Shown: one piece after another, positions 1-10,409 of the stretch
Layout: the number at the start of each line of letters is the position of its first letter
Position numbering within the stretch: the stretch's first letter is position 1
From: Nostoc sp. DedSLP01
GTDB lineage: Bacteria; Cyanobacteriota; Cyanobacteriia; Cyanobacteriales; Nostocaceae
Reading direction: 5' to 3'
DNA length: 64,000 nt
Assembly (NCBI GenBank): GCA_034530875.2
Contig: JAVRCJ020000002.1
Coordinates: 96,001-160,000 of the forward strand
The notes under the pieces: model-generated
Told to the model about the DNA's origin: nothing
The model's input: only the letters and a program-made list of their open reading frames with translations
Databases searched by the model: none
Translations under genes and position numbers: made by a program

Positions 1-43
1 TTTCATTTACATGAGGTACAAAGTTACAGGTTTTGAGGCAGGA

Positions 44-73
44 TAGCGCAGCGTTAGCGAGTCCGCGAGCGTC
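44..73. repeat. Small dispersed repeat (SDR-like)
   Basis: TAGCGCAGCGTTAGCGAGTCCGCGAGCGTC; related reverse-complement sequence (GACGCTC...ACTCGCTAACGCTACGCTA) at 40381-40433. Confidence 0.6.
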
Positions 74-1133
74 GCCAGAAGGCTTTTATGGAATCCCCAT
101 AAATAAATTTAGGGGATTTAAACACTTTTGGCAGAGGGCAAAAATTAAATTATATTCTCTTCCTTCTGCCTCCTGCCCTCTGCCCTCTGCCTTTCTTCGG
201 TAAGTGTAATCTTGTGATTTTCCCAATTCTAGAGGTTTGCTTGCCATCGCCAACAAAACTTTAACAACGGTTCAGCGATTGATAAAAATTTTACAAATTT
301 TATGGAGTAAAATTACTTAATCTTTTTTAAAAACGTAGATAAAATAATACTTTTTATTTACTTTGTCTCAGCAATCTAATGGGTAAAACTGCTCAAGCTT
401 GTGCTAAATAATAATGAGATGCAACTCTCACTAATGACTGACGACGGCGCTTGATTCACTCATTTACAATGATCTTAAGCTCGATAAAGTATTTTATTTT
501 ACTTGTTTTTAGCGCTTGCTGTCTCCTGCTCTTTAGTTTAATAGTTTTGAGTTCGTTTGTTGATAATTGTTTTAGAGGCACGGATCGTCACTTAGAAGTG
601 CAATCCTAAACTCGGCTCGATTAAACAGACTCAGCATCAAATAAAGTCAATTCAAAGTTAGGAAACCCTAAAATAGCGATCGACATTCTCATGGAGGAAA
701 ACTAAATTGATGGTATGAATGTCAAGAGCGTATTTATGAAAATTAATATTACTAACCTGGAGCAAAACTTATCACTCTTGGGCTGCGATCGCAGTTACCC
801 TGGTAAGGATATATCAAACTACGCTTACTTTTGTTGTTTGAGAGTTAAGGGTTTTGCTCGACTCAAAAGAGTTATGGCAAATGCTAGCGATCGGTTAGAG
901 ATTAACCTGAGTCTAGTATGATTGGAATATCGATTGTCAATCAAATATTTATTTTCCCGATTTTTTTAACTATTGTGATTTATAAATTTTGAAAAGTTTC
1001 CATATTATCAAAATGTCTTAGTTAATTAAGTTACAGATTTGAGATATCAGAAAATCTTACATTCTTTAATAGAAGAATCTGAAAATACAAATGTTATACA
1101 TCAACATCTGTTTAACGACGAAAATAAAAACCA

Positions 1134-2465
1134 ATGGAAGAGACGCTGAAAATTTTGGTTGTAGACGATGATGAAGTAGACCGGATGACGTTACGCCATG
1201 CTCTAACACAAACAGGCGTGAAAATGTTTTTGTCCGAAGTCGGTAACGGTAATGATGCGCTCTCTACCTTAACCACTTCTACTTATGATTGTGTTTTCCT
1301 CAACTATCGCTTACCAGACCAAGACGGATTAACCTTAATTCAACAGATACGCTCATCGGAAATCAAAGTTCCTTTAGTAGTGCTGACCGATGCAGGAGAT
1401 GAAGAAATTACTGTTGAATTAATAAGAGCTGGTGCTACAGATTATATTTATAAGTCTAGAATATCCTCAGGGATTTTAGCACATATTCTGCGCAATGCGA
1501 TTCGAGTTTATCGTGCTGAAGTTGAACTAGCTGTGGCAAATCAGAAACTTCGAGAAAGTCACGAACAACTGACTCGTAAGAATCAAGAATTAGAAAGACA
1601 ACAGCAACATATTCAAATACAAAACTTCAGGTTGTTAGAGGCATCGCGGTTAAAATCACATTTTTTAGCCACTATGTCCCACGAATTGAGAACGCCAATG
1701 AATGCCATTATTGGTTTTTCGCAAATACTATTGCGTCCTAAGTTCGGCCAACTAACGCACCAACAAACGGATATGGTCGAGCGCATCTTGAATAATGGAA
1801 AACATTTACTGATGTTGCTCAATGAAGTTCTCGATTTTTCCAAGCTGGAGGCGGGACGATTATATTTAAAGCCAGAAATATTTGATGTTTCAAAAATTAT
1901 TAATGGCGCTGTAGAAGAAATGCGTTCTCTAGCTGAGGCTAAAAATCTCCCCTTGCAAGTAGAAATAGACTTGCAAAATCCTTTAGGATTCAACGATCCC
2001 CTGCGTCTCAAACAGATTTTGATTAACTTGCTTTCCAATGCAATTAAATTTACGGAGTCCGGTCAAATCTGGGTTGAGGTTAAGGAATTACCAGCAAACC
2101 AAGTGGCAATTATTGTGAAAGATACAGGTATTGGCATAGCAGCAAAAGATTTCAAACATATTTTTGAAGCATTTCGCCAAGTAGATCAAAGTATAACTCG
2201 CAAATATTCAGGCACAGGGTTGGGTTTGGCGATTGTAGATTCGCTAGTGCAAATGATGGGCGGTAAAATTTTTTTGGAGAGCCAATTAGGTGCTGGTTCA
2301 ATGTTTAGAATTGAATTACCCCGTCAAGTAACATTACCAAATCTAGAAGTCGAGCCTCCCCCCTTACAGTTAGAGAAGGATAGCGTTTTTTGTTCTGCTC
2401 AAAATCCGCATCAATCATCTAATAAAGTGAAAAAAGCTCTTATAGAATCTCCTAAATTTCAATAA
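1134..2465 (+). CDS. Hybrid sensor histidine kinase (REC-HisKA-HATPase); receiver Asp replaced by Asn
   Basis: ILVVDDD receiver start, H-box MSHELRTPMNAI, N-box NLLSNAIKFT, DTGIGI, GTGLGL. Confidence 0.93.
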   Translation: MEETLKILVVDDDEVDRMTLRHALTQTGVKMFLSEVGNGNDALSTLTTSTYDCVFLNYRLPDQDGLTLIQQIRSSEIKVPLVVLTDAGDEEITVELIRAGATDYIYKSRISSGILAHILRNAIRVYRAEVELAVANQKLRESHEQLTRKNQELERQQQHIQIQNFRLLEASRLKSHFLATMSHELRTPMNAIIGFSQILLRPKFGQLTHQQTDMVERILNNGKHLLMLLNEVLDFSKLEAGRLYLKPEIFDVSKIINGAVEEMRSLAEAKNLPLQVEIDLQNPLGFNDPLRLKQILINLLSNAIKFTESGQIWVEVKELPANQVAIIVKDTGIGIAAKDFKHIFEAFRQVDQSITRKYSGTGLGLAIVDSLVQMMGGKIFLESQLGAGSMFRIELPRQVTLPNLEVEPPPLQLEKDSVFCSAQNPHQSSNKVKKALIESPKFQ

Positions 2466-2507
2466 ATTAAAATTCCTCCTAAAAAAGCTGATAAAAGTCG
2501 AGCGAGT

Positions 2508-3632
2508 ATGTCTGTAATTGAAAATAATAAAATAGATCGCATTCTCGCAGTTGATGATACGCGAGATAATTTGATTTTAGTACAAACAATTTTAGAAAGT
2601 GAAGGTTATGAAGTAGATTTAGCCCCAGATGGGATAACTGCTTTGCAAAAGATTGAAAAATCGCCACCGGATTTAATTTTGCTAGATGTGATGATGCCGG
2701 GGATGGATGGTTATGAAGTTACGGATCGAATTCGTAAGAATCGTGCAATAAGTTATATCCCAATTTTGCTAATTACAGCTTTTCACGAATCCAGCGTTGT
2801 TGAAGGTTTGGATGCTGGTGCTGACGATTTTATTCGCAAACCATTTGATACTGATGAACTGTTGGCAAGAGTGCGATCGCTATTGCGTCTCAAGCACAGT
2901 CTCGACGAACAACAAAAAATGGCACGCCAGCGAGAAGACTTTGTTTCTCGTCTGACTCATGATTTGCGAACTCCCTTGGTAGCGGCCGATCGCATGTTGA
3001 ATTTGTTCGAGATGGAAACATTCTGCAAAATTTCACCGGAAATGAAGCAAGCGATCGCGGTGATGATTCGCAGCAACCAAAATTTGATGCTGATGGTCAA
3101 CACTCTGTTAGAAGTTTATCGCTTTGAAGCTGGTAAAAAAACTTTGAATTGGGAGGAATGCGATTTACCAGAAATTGCTCAAGAAGTAGTGAGTGAAATC
3201 GAACCTCTGACAAATGAAAAAGGCTTGAGTTTGAAACTAGATACCAGCCAATTAGACCCACAAGCTAAAAATCCTGGTATAGTTATGGGCGATCGCCTCG
3301 AACTTAGACGAGTACTATACAACTTGATTGCCAATGCTATCAAATTTACAGATACGGGAGGGATCGCAATCCGCATTTTTGAAAAATCACCAAATCGTCA
3401 ACAGCAAGATTGGGTAACTATTGAGGTAGAAGATACAGGATATGGAATTGCGCCTGAAGACCAAGCAACAATTTTTGAGCGATTTCGCCAAGGTAGAAAC
3501 AAACGTTCGGGTAGCGGCTTAGGGCTACATCTATCGCACCGAATTATAGAAGCTCATACAGGAACTATCCAAGTCACTTCTCAAGTAGGTAAAGGCAGTT
3601 TATTCACTGTGGGACTACCTAAAAATATTTAA
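2508..3632 (+). CDS. Hybrid response regulator/histidine kinase (REC-HisKA-HATPase)
   Basis: LLDVMMPGMDG receiver, THDLRTPL H-box, NLIANAIKFT, GSGLGL. Confidence 0.93.
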   Translation: MSVIENNKIDRILAVDDTRDNLILVQTILESEGYEVDLAPDGITALQKIEKSPPDLILLDVMMPGMDGYEVTDRIRKNRAISYIPILLITAFHESSVVEGLDAGADDFIRKPFDTDELLARVRSLLRLKHSLDEQQKMARQREDFVSRLTHDLRTPLVAADRMLNLFEMETFCKISPEMKQAIAVMIRSNQNLMLMVNTLLEVYRFEAGKKTLNWEECDLPEIAQEVVSEIEPLTNEKGLSLKLDTSQLDPQAKNPGIVMGDRLELRRVLYNLIANAIKFTDTGGIAIRIFEKSPNRQQQDWVTIEVEDTGYGIAPEDQATIFERFRQGRNKRSGSGLGLHLSHRIIEAHTGTIQVTSQVGKGSLFTVGLPKNI

Positions 3633-3736
3633 TACCATTTTTGTTTAATTATTTGTAGAAAAATTTCTACATTAAGTGTCAGTCTTAATAATCAATTGTT
3701 ATTTTTGGAGAAATTTTTTCTGGTTGATTACTAATC

Positions 3737-4186
3737 TTAGCAAAGCTCAAAAGCTGATTGAAGGTCGAATTTTCCCTTAAGTAAACGGCTAATCATAGCT
3801 TCTAAATCTTCGAGCATGTAGGGTTTGCTGATGTAATCATCAAAGCCTGCTTCAAGAATCTCCTCTCGAGCCTCTGGGGTAGCTAAAGCTGTAACTGCAA
3901 CCACTGGAATTGTGCGAGTTAAAGTTTCTTGCTTCAAATGACGCGCAACATCAATACCACTCATACCTGGTAACAAAATATCCAATAATATCAAATCTGG
4001 TTGATATTCTTTAGCTACCAGCACCGTTGCAGTGCAATCTTTTTGACAAATGAATCTACAACCAATCGCCTCCAGAGCATAGCTAATCACCAGAAGACTA
4101 TCATCACGATCTTCAACTACCAAAATCAAAGGCTGGTGACAAGTTTGCTTTTCGTCATCAATTGTGAATGAGTGTGCCAAATACAT
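3737..4186 (-). CDS. Single-domain response regulator (DivK/CheY-like)
   Basis: ILVVED, LILLDILLPGMSG, VAVTA, YISKP. Confidence 0.9.
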   Translation of the reverse strand: MYLAHSFTIDDEKQTCHQPLILVVEDRDDSLLVISYALEAIGCRFICQKDCTATVLVAKEYQPDLILLDILLPGMSGIDVARHLKQETLTRTIPVVAVTALATPEAREEILEAGFDDYISKPYMLEDLEAMISRLLKGKFDLQSAFELC

Positions 4187-5830
4187 CTCTACTCCGGAGG
4201 ATTTTTTTTAATCGATTGTCATTCTTGAGAGATAGGAAGAGGCTTCCTAAAAAGGATAAAATATTTTTTTTAGTTAGGATTGGCTGTCGCTTTGACCTAG
4301 CTTATAATCGTTGCCCATAAAAAAACAGTGAGGAAAGAAAGCCCTAAGCTTATAGCCTTAGCGGCTACTTTTCGATTATAGGCAAAATTACAAAATATCT
4401 TTTTAATAAGTTCATAATAAATTTATATAGTAATGAGCTAGAAAAATCCAATAGTTATTTATACCAATCTGTGTATTTTGGTGTAACTTTTAGCTGCCAC
4501 ATTCGTTAAACAGGCAATTTCTCGCCTCTTTAGCGGATTCGCTAAGAGAAATTTATCAATTCAGCAAATGGCATACAAACTACGTATGACAACAAATTGC
4601 TTTAACTATGGTGCTTTGAAAATAAAAATATACTGTAAACTAAGTGATAACAACTAGTTTGGTTATATTAATTACTCTATTTAAGTAATTAAAAAGTTTA
4701 ACAGTTATTACTAATAATATACGCATCTTAATATTGAATTAGTATTACTATTGGCGATCGCTGAATTTACAGCGTATTTCAAGTTAATGAAGTAGACAAA
4801 CTAGGTTTCCAAGAGTGGCGTTCAGCCTGTTTTGCTTCTGTTCGCGCAGCAGTGTGTATGCTATTGTGACTCTTGAATTCTGCTGTCAAGAAGTCGGTGC
4901 TAATATTTCCATGTAAAGTGTGTTGCCGCCAAGAGCCGCACCATCGAGAATTTAACTGCTTGAGCTTAAGTCATAACTAAAGCATAATTTCAAATAAAAG
5001 TTAATCAAATTGTTCCAAAATATTAAGATATTTTTTTATTCTCAAAGGATAATTATCAAATATTTGGTCAACATTCACTAGCAACATATTTCATAACTAT
5101 TGGGCACACCCTAAAGGAAGATGACTATAAGTCTGACTCAGCTTAAATTATTTTTGGTGTGTCGAATAACTGCTTTCTATGGAGGTTTAGCTGCGAGCTA
5201 AGCCTTTTTTATTATTAAAATAATTCTGCGATCGCCAAGATTAAGCAATATTTATCTACTCTCTCAAGACAGATGTATTTCTCAACTAAAATGACTAAAT
5301 TTTCCTGATAGACTCTACTCTTACTTAAGGCTTGGTTAACAATCAAGCCTTTCTCTATTAATTAAAGTTCCTGTAAAAGTAAATAATAGCAAATATTAAC
5401 GAAGGCAGGAGGCAGAGGGCAGTTCTTGCTGGAGGCCGTTTTTGTAACGAGGATTTATACCCCGTGACAAAAAATTTTCGCCTTAAAAGGCGTTAGCGTA
5501 GCAGAACGAAGTCCGGTTTTAGACCCGATTGTTTCGATAAATAAAATTAATTGCTTCTTACTTTAGCTTGTAAGTTATTCTTTGTAAAAATCAAAATAAG
5601 CTAATTCATCAATAGCGTGCAATATTGTTGTAAACCCGCTGTAGACAGATGAACTCACCAAAAAGTAATCCTAAATTAGCTATGTATGGTAAACACTTGG
5701 TATATATAAGGCGTGGCTGCTAAAGGTCATGCCTTTTTCGTTATTTATACTAACTAAAACGTGTAGCTATAGAACTCGTATTTGATGTTTTAAACAACTA
5801 ATTACCCTTTGATTGCTTCTTGTTTGTTCC

Positions 5831-6340
5831 CTATTTTCTGCTAAGAGTTCTCTCTCTAGGATTGTGTCCTGTGAATAGATATTCGAGTAACCTCCTTACA
5901 GCTTCAGTTGCATAGCCGTTATACCGTTTCACTTTCAGGTTGATACATTTAGGCAAGCAGGGGGAGCAGAGGGAGCAGAGGAGGCAGGGGAAGAAAGAAA
6001 AATGATTTGTATCAACAATTGAGTGAAACGGTATTACTTGGTGCGATCGCGTCAGTCGTCCGCGATCGGCTAAAATGCAGAAGGCGCAGTCCCTAATCAT
6101 TTCGCCTGTATCCTTAAGCACAATCGCCAGCTGATACCACTCGCCCAAGACACCTGGTGTTGACTGCTGCATGGATTGTATAAATTTCATGGCTTCCATT
6201 TCTAGATAAGGCGGATCCCAAGTTTGATACTTCGCCACTTCCAGATCGTTGCGATAGGGCAAGAACGCCGCTAGGTCGTTATCCTGGAATCTACGTAACA
6301 GCAATCGTGGAGTTTCCAACCCCATGAGAACTTGAGACAC
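5831..6340 (-). pseudogene. RimJ/RimL-type GNAT acetyltransferase pseudogene interrupted by a MITE-like insert
   Basis: LETPRLLLRRF N-terminus and NGYATEAV motif; 112-bp inverted-repeat insert inside the acetyl-CoA motif; apparent internal deletion and truncated C-terminus. Confidence 0.75.
5922..6033. mobile_element. MITE-like element with TTA flanking duplication
   Basis: Perfect 12-bp TIR TACCGTTTCACT/AGTGAAACGGTA plus inner GTTGATACA/TGTATCAAC; TTA at 5919-5921 and 6034-6036. Confidence 0.75.
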
Positions 6341-6563
6341 GATCTAAGATGAAATAATTACTAGTTTTACAAAGGCAATGTCTACGACGGGCTACGCCTA
6401 CGGTTATTCAAGCCATAGGTAGAAAAATCTCTGGCTATAAAACGCTGATTTACTTCCTGGCCTTTGCTCCAAGTACTGAATTCGCCAAAATGCAAAATTA
6501 AATGTCAATTATTTCTTCTTTAATTGTGGTTTATTAACTTGAATTTTTCGTTTTTCACTGATT

Positions 6564-9377
6564 ATGAAGTCACGCGCATACATGCTTATCGGATTTTTTC
6601 TCAGTATTCTCCTCAGTTTAGTGCCATTTTCAGGGAACTTTACCATTGCCGCAACACCAACAACAACTGCTGCACCTGTATCTCCACTGTCATTTACCCA
6701 AGGAGTGCAAAAAACAGTATTGGACAATGGTTTAACCGTCCTCACCAAAGAAGTCCATACGGCTCCCGTGGTAAGCGTGCAAGTTTGGTATAAAGTCGGT
6801 TCGCGCAATGAAGGTAAGGGAGAAAGCGGTATCTCGCACCAGTTAGAACATTTGATGTTCAAAGGTACAACCGACCGTCCAGTGCAGTTCGGACGGTTGT
6901 TTAGTGCCTTGGGTAGCCAGTTCAACGCCTTTACTAGTTATGACGAAACAGCTTACTTTGGCACAGTGCAGCGAGACAGACTCGAAGCATTGCTTGTACT
7001 GGAAGCCGATCGCATGAAAAATGCTTTAATTAACCCAGAACAACTTGCAAGTGAGAAACGAGTAGTCATCTCTGAGTTACAAGGCTACGAAAATTCGCCA
7101 GAGTATCGTTTGAATCGAGAACTCATGCGCAATGCTTTCCCAAATCGAGCTTATGGCTTACCAGTGGGAGGTACAAAAGCTGATGTCGAAAAATTCACGG
7201 TAGAGCAGGTACGAAATTATTACCAAAAGTACTACAGTCCAGAAAATGCCACATTGGTAATTACTGGAGATTTTGCCTCCGAACCTGTACTGAAAATTGC
7301 CAAAGAAACTTTTGGTAAGTTATCGCCACAGGCAAAACAAGACAAAGTAGTTGATGATACAAGCCAAGCGCTCGATCGCTTCTCGACATCTTCTGCCCTC
7401 GCCGATGCTTCCCCGGCTACTGCTAAGAAAAAGGCTCCGATTGTCCTCAAGCAACCCGGAAGTGCAGCATTACTACAAGCGCTGTATCCTCTGTCAGATA
7501 TCAAGCATCCTGATGTGCCAGCAATTGATGTCATGGATGCCGTTCTCACTGGCGGACGTAGTTCTAGACTTTACCAGGCTTTGGTAGAATCTGGACTCGC
7601 TAGTTCAGTTAGTGGCGGTGCCGTGGAACTTATCGAACCGGGTTGGTATGAAATTGATGCTACGGCGGCTCCCGGTCAAGAATTAAGCAAAATTGCTCAG
7701 GTTATTGACGAAACTTTGACAAAACTGCAACAGCAGCCAGTCACCCCAGAAGAGTTGAAGCGAGCTAAGACGCAGCTGCAAGCGTCATATATATTGGGTA
7801 ACCAGGACATCACTAGTCAGGCCAACCTCCTGGGATATAACCAAACTGTCGCTGGAGATTATCATTTTATAGAAAAGTATCTCGCTGCGATCGCCAAAGT
7901 CACCCCAGAACAGATACAAAAAGCCGCCAAAACTTACTTAGATCCTGCCAAACAAACCATTGGCTACTTTGAACCGACCCAACCAGACGGTCAACCGGGA
8001 GCTTCCAATGCTGGTTCTGGTCGTACCGCAGAAAACTTCAGCCCTGGTAAACCTGTAGACCCAGCAGAACTGGCTAAATATCTGCCACCTGCCACATCAA
8101 CTACAGATTCCAAAAAACAATCGCTACCAGAAGAGTTTACTTTGAGTAATGGTTTGCGAGTTTTGCTGTTAAGCGATCGCAATGTTCCTAGTATTAATCT
8201 CAGCGGTCAAATTGACGCTGGTACTGAGTTTGACAGCAATCAAAAAGGTGGATTAGCGAATTTAACTGCAATCAACTTAATGAATGGAACGAAGACTAAA
8301 AATGCTCTCACCCTCGCAAAAACCTTAGAAGACCAAGGAGCCGGTTTAAACTTCAGTGCTAGCCGCGAAGGGGTAAACATAAGCGGTGAGGGCTTGTCAG
8401 CAAACCTGCCAATTTTGGTTCAAACTCTGGCAGATGTCTTAGAAAACGCTACTTTCCCCACCGACCAGTTAGAACTCAGTCGTAAAAGGGCGTTAACAAG
8501 TCTCAAAATCCAGCTAGATGACCCCAACGGTCTGGGAAGACGGGTATTTCAACAAGCAATTTACCCAGAAAATCATCCGTTCCATACCTTTCCTACGGAA
8601 GAGAGTTTAAAAAGCATTACTCGTGATGACTTGCTTAATTTTTACCAGACACATTACCGGCCAGACACCACAACCATCGCATTAGTGGGAGACTTCGATT
8701 CAGCTAAGGTGAAAGCATTGCTGAATGAGGCATTTGGTAAATGGGAAGCCACAGGTAAGCCACCCGTTCTCAAAGTGCCGTCAGTGCCATTACCGAAAAG
8801 TTCGACACAATTAAATAAAGTAATTCCCGGCAAAGCTGAGGCTGTGACCTACATTGGCTACAACGGAATTTCTAGGAAAGACAAGCGTTTCTATGCAGCA
8901 TCGGTACTGAATCAAATTTTGGGTGGCGATACCTTAGCGAGTCGCTTGGGTACGGAAGTGCGCGATCGCCAGGGATTAACTTACGGTATTTATAGTGCTT
9001 TTGCTGCTGGAATTAATCCCGGCCCCTTCTTGATTCAAATGCAGACTGCTCCCGGAGATGCTCAAAAAGCGATCGCCAGTGCTGTTGCTTTACTTAAACA
9101 ATTACGCGAACAAGGAGTAACTGAAGCTGAATTAAATACAGCAAAACGCTCAATTACTAACAGCTACCCTGTAGATTTAGCTAATCCTAGTAATGTATCT
9201 AGCATCATTTTGGATAATGCTGTCTTGGGACTTTCACGAGCCGAAATTCGAGAATTTCCCCAGCGAATTCAGGCAGTTACTATGGCTCAAGTCCAACAAG
9301 TAATTGAGGATTTAATTCAGCCGGAAAATTTAGTAATTGTCACTGCTGGCCCTGGAGATAGCGTGCCAGATAAATAG
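6564..9377 (+). CDS. M16 (pitrilysin/insulinase) family zinc peptidase, two-module, N-terminal signal peptide
   Basis: Inverted zinc motif HQLEH (HxxEH), FNAFTSYDET, EVRDRQGLTY; duplicated LxNGL modules. Confidence 0.93.
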   Translation: MKSRAYMLIGFFLSILLSLVPFSGNFTIAATPTTTAAPVSPLSFTQGVQKTVLDNGLTVLTKEVHTAPVVSVQVWYKVGSRNEGKGESGISHQLEHLMFKGTTDRPVQFGRLFSALGSQFNAFTSYDETAYFGTVQRDRLEALLVLEADRMKNALINPEQLASEKRVVISELQGYENSPEYRLNRELMRNAFPNRAYGLPVGGTKADVEKFTVEQVRNYYQKYYSPENATLVITGDFASEPVLKIAKETFGKLSPQAKQDKVVDDTSQALDRFSTSSALADASPATAKKKAPIVLKQPGSAALLQALYPLSDIKHPDVPAIDVMDAVLTGGRSSRLYQALVESGLASSVSGGAVELIEPGWYEIDATAAPGQELSKIAQVIDETLTKLQQQPVTPEELKRAKTQLQASYILGNQDITSQANLLGYNQTVAGDYHFIEKYLAAIAKVTPEQIQKAAKTYLDPAKQTIGYFEPTQPDGQPGASNAGSGRTAENFSPGKPVDPAELAKYLPPATSTTDSKKQSLPEEFTLSNGLRVLLLSDRNVPSINLSGQIDAGTEFDSNQKGGLANLTAINLMNGTKTKNALTLAKTLEDQGAGLNFSASREGVNISGEGLSANLPILVQTLADVLENATFPTDQLELSRKRALTSLKIQLDDPNGLGRRVFQQAIYPENHPFHTFPTEESLKSITRDDLLNFYQTHYRPDTTTIALVGDFDSAKVKALLNEAFGKWEATGKPPVLKVPSVPLPKSSTQLNKVIPGKAEAVTYIGYNGISRKDKRFYAASVLNQILGGDTLASRLGTEVRDRQGLTYGIYSAFAAGINPGPFLIQMQTAPGDAQKAIASAVALLKQLREQGVTEAELNTAKRSITNSYPVDLANPSNVSSIILDNAVLGLSRAEIREFPQRIQAVTMAQVQQVIEDLIQPENLVIVTAGPGDSVPDK

Positions 9378-9387
9378 GGGCAGAGGG

Positions 9388-9648
9388 CAATACTACTCGA
9401 TTAAGCATTTTGAACTCAGAATTTGGTTTGGGGAAAAGGTTAAAGGGGAAGGGTTATATCAAGTTCGGATGATTAGTTATGATTGCAGTCCTCGCGTTAC
9501 CCCTCCCCAACCCTCCCCTTAGCAAGGGGAGGGTGCCGTAAGGCGGGTGGGGTGTTTCAGGATTTATAAGTAATTAAGCGAACTTGATATTAAAGGTTTT
9601 TTCTTTCCCTTTTTCCCTTCCCCTTTTCCCCTTAACCGACAAGTATTG
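9388..9648. mobile_element. MITE with 18-bp imperfect TIR and 10-bp direct repeat (outer element of a nest)
   Basis: CAATACTACTCGATTAAG / CTTAACCGACAAGTATTG (15/18); GGGCAGAGGG at 9378-9387 and 9649-9658. Confidence 0.8.
9457..9589. mobile_element. Inner MITE-like element with TTA duplication, carrying a GC-rich REP-like hairpin
   Basis: Perfect TIR TATCAAGTTCG/CGAACTTGATA (20/24 extended); TTA at 9454-9456 and 9590-9592; CCCTCCCCTT-AGC-AAGGGGAGGG hairpin inside. Confidence 0.8.
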
Positions 9649-9773
9649 GGGCAGAGGGGAGAATAATAACTTCTGTACAAACAAGGGTTAATCGCGTCTC
9701 TCACTCCTAACTCAGCACTCTCAATGCCCCATCCCAATCCAAAATCTAAAATTGTCTGACTTGTAAATAATTA

Positions 9774-10409
9774 CTATTCTTCTTCCTTCTTGTTTTCAAT
9801 ATTAGTTATTTTGGTATTTTCCATCACAATATAGTTTTCCGGTTTTTTTTGTTCTTCTTTCTTCTCTTGTACAACTTGTGTGGCATATATTTCTACATCT
9901 CGCTGGATAATATCTTCTACTTGACCAGCAAAAAAATTAAATGCCTGTTCGTGACTTGTATAATCACGATAAGGGCCTGTCAATTGGGAAAATTGCCATC
10001 CTTGAGTTTTCAAAGATTCCACCGTGCGGCGATAATGCCGCCAGCGTTCTCCATAATGAAAAAATTCTTCAACGGCAGCGCTAATAGCAACGAATTGGCC
10101 GAGAACAAAAGTAGAAACGTTAATTAAATTTTTAACTTCAATATTAGTTCCAGGAATTTTATTCTTTAAATCAGTATTCAGATTGAGAGTAATCAACGCG
10201 GGCAGAATTACGCCACCGATAATGGTTGATAGCCGCCAAAAATAATAGCGATCGCGGGAAAAATTCGCCTTACCTTCCATCCAAAGTACTTGGTCTAACC
10301 AACGCGATCGTAAAAAATGTCTTTGGACATCTCCTAGCTTCATGCCTTCAAACAATTTGTTAAAATCTTCCTTTAAAAATTCTTGATAACTATTCTTTTT
10401 TGCCATCAT
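9774..10409 (-). CDS. SLATT/DUF4231 family two-TM membrane protein
   Basis: RWLDQVLW, two hydrophobic helices (IIGGVILPALITL; FVLGQFVAISAAV), then ERWRHYRRTVESLK. Confidence 0.8.
   Translation of the reverse strand: MMAKKNSYQEFLKEDFNKLFEGMKLGDVQRHFLRSRWLDQVLWMEGKANFSRDRYYFWRLSTIIGGVILPALITLNLNTDLKNKIPGTNIEVKNLINVSTFVLGQFVAISAAVEEFFHYGERWRHYRRTVESLKTQGWQFSQLTGPYRDYTSHEQAFNFFAGQVEDIIQRDVEIYATQVVQEKKEEQKKPENYIVMENTKITNIENKKEEE

Noticed and set aside
715..921. 68-aa ORF upstream of the first kinase
   Set aside because: No recognisable motif; more likely promoter/UTR sequence
4190..5830. Long intergenic region as an ncRNA or IS remnant
   Set aside because: Only AT-rich sequence and common repeat fragments seen; no transposase or RNA motif recognised
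6564..9377. M16 peptidase as the RiPP-processing protease (PqqF-like)
   Set aside because: Has a signal peptide and host-like composition with HIP1 sites, and is separated from the cluster by another operon; no supporting evidence
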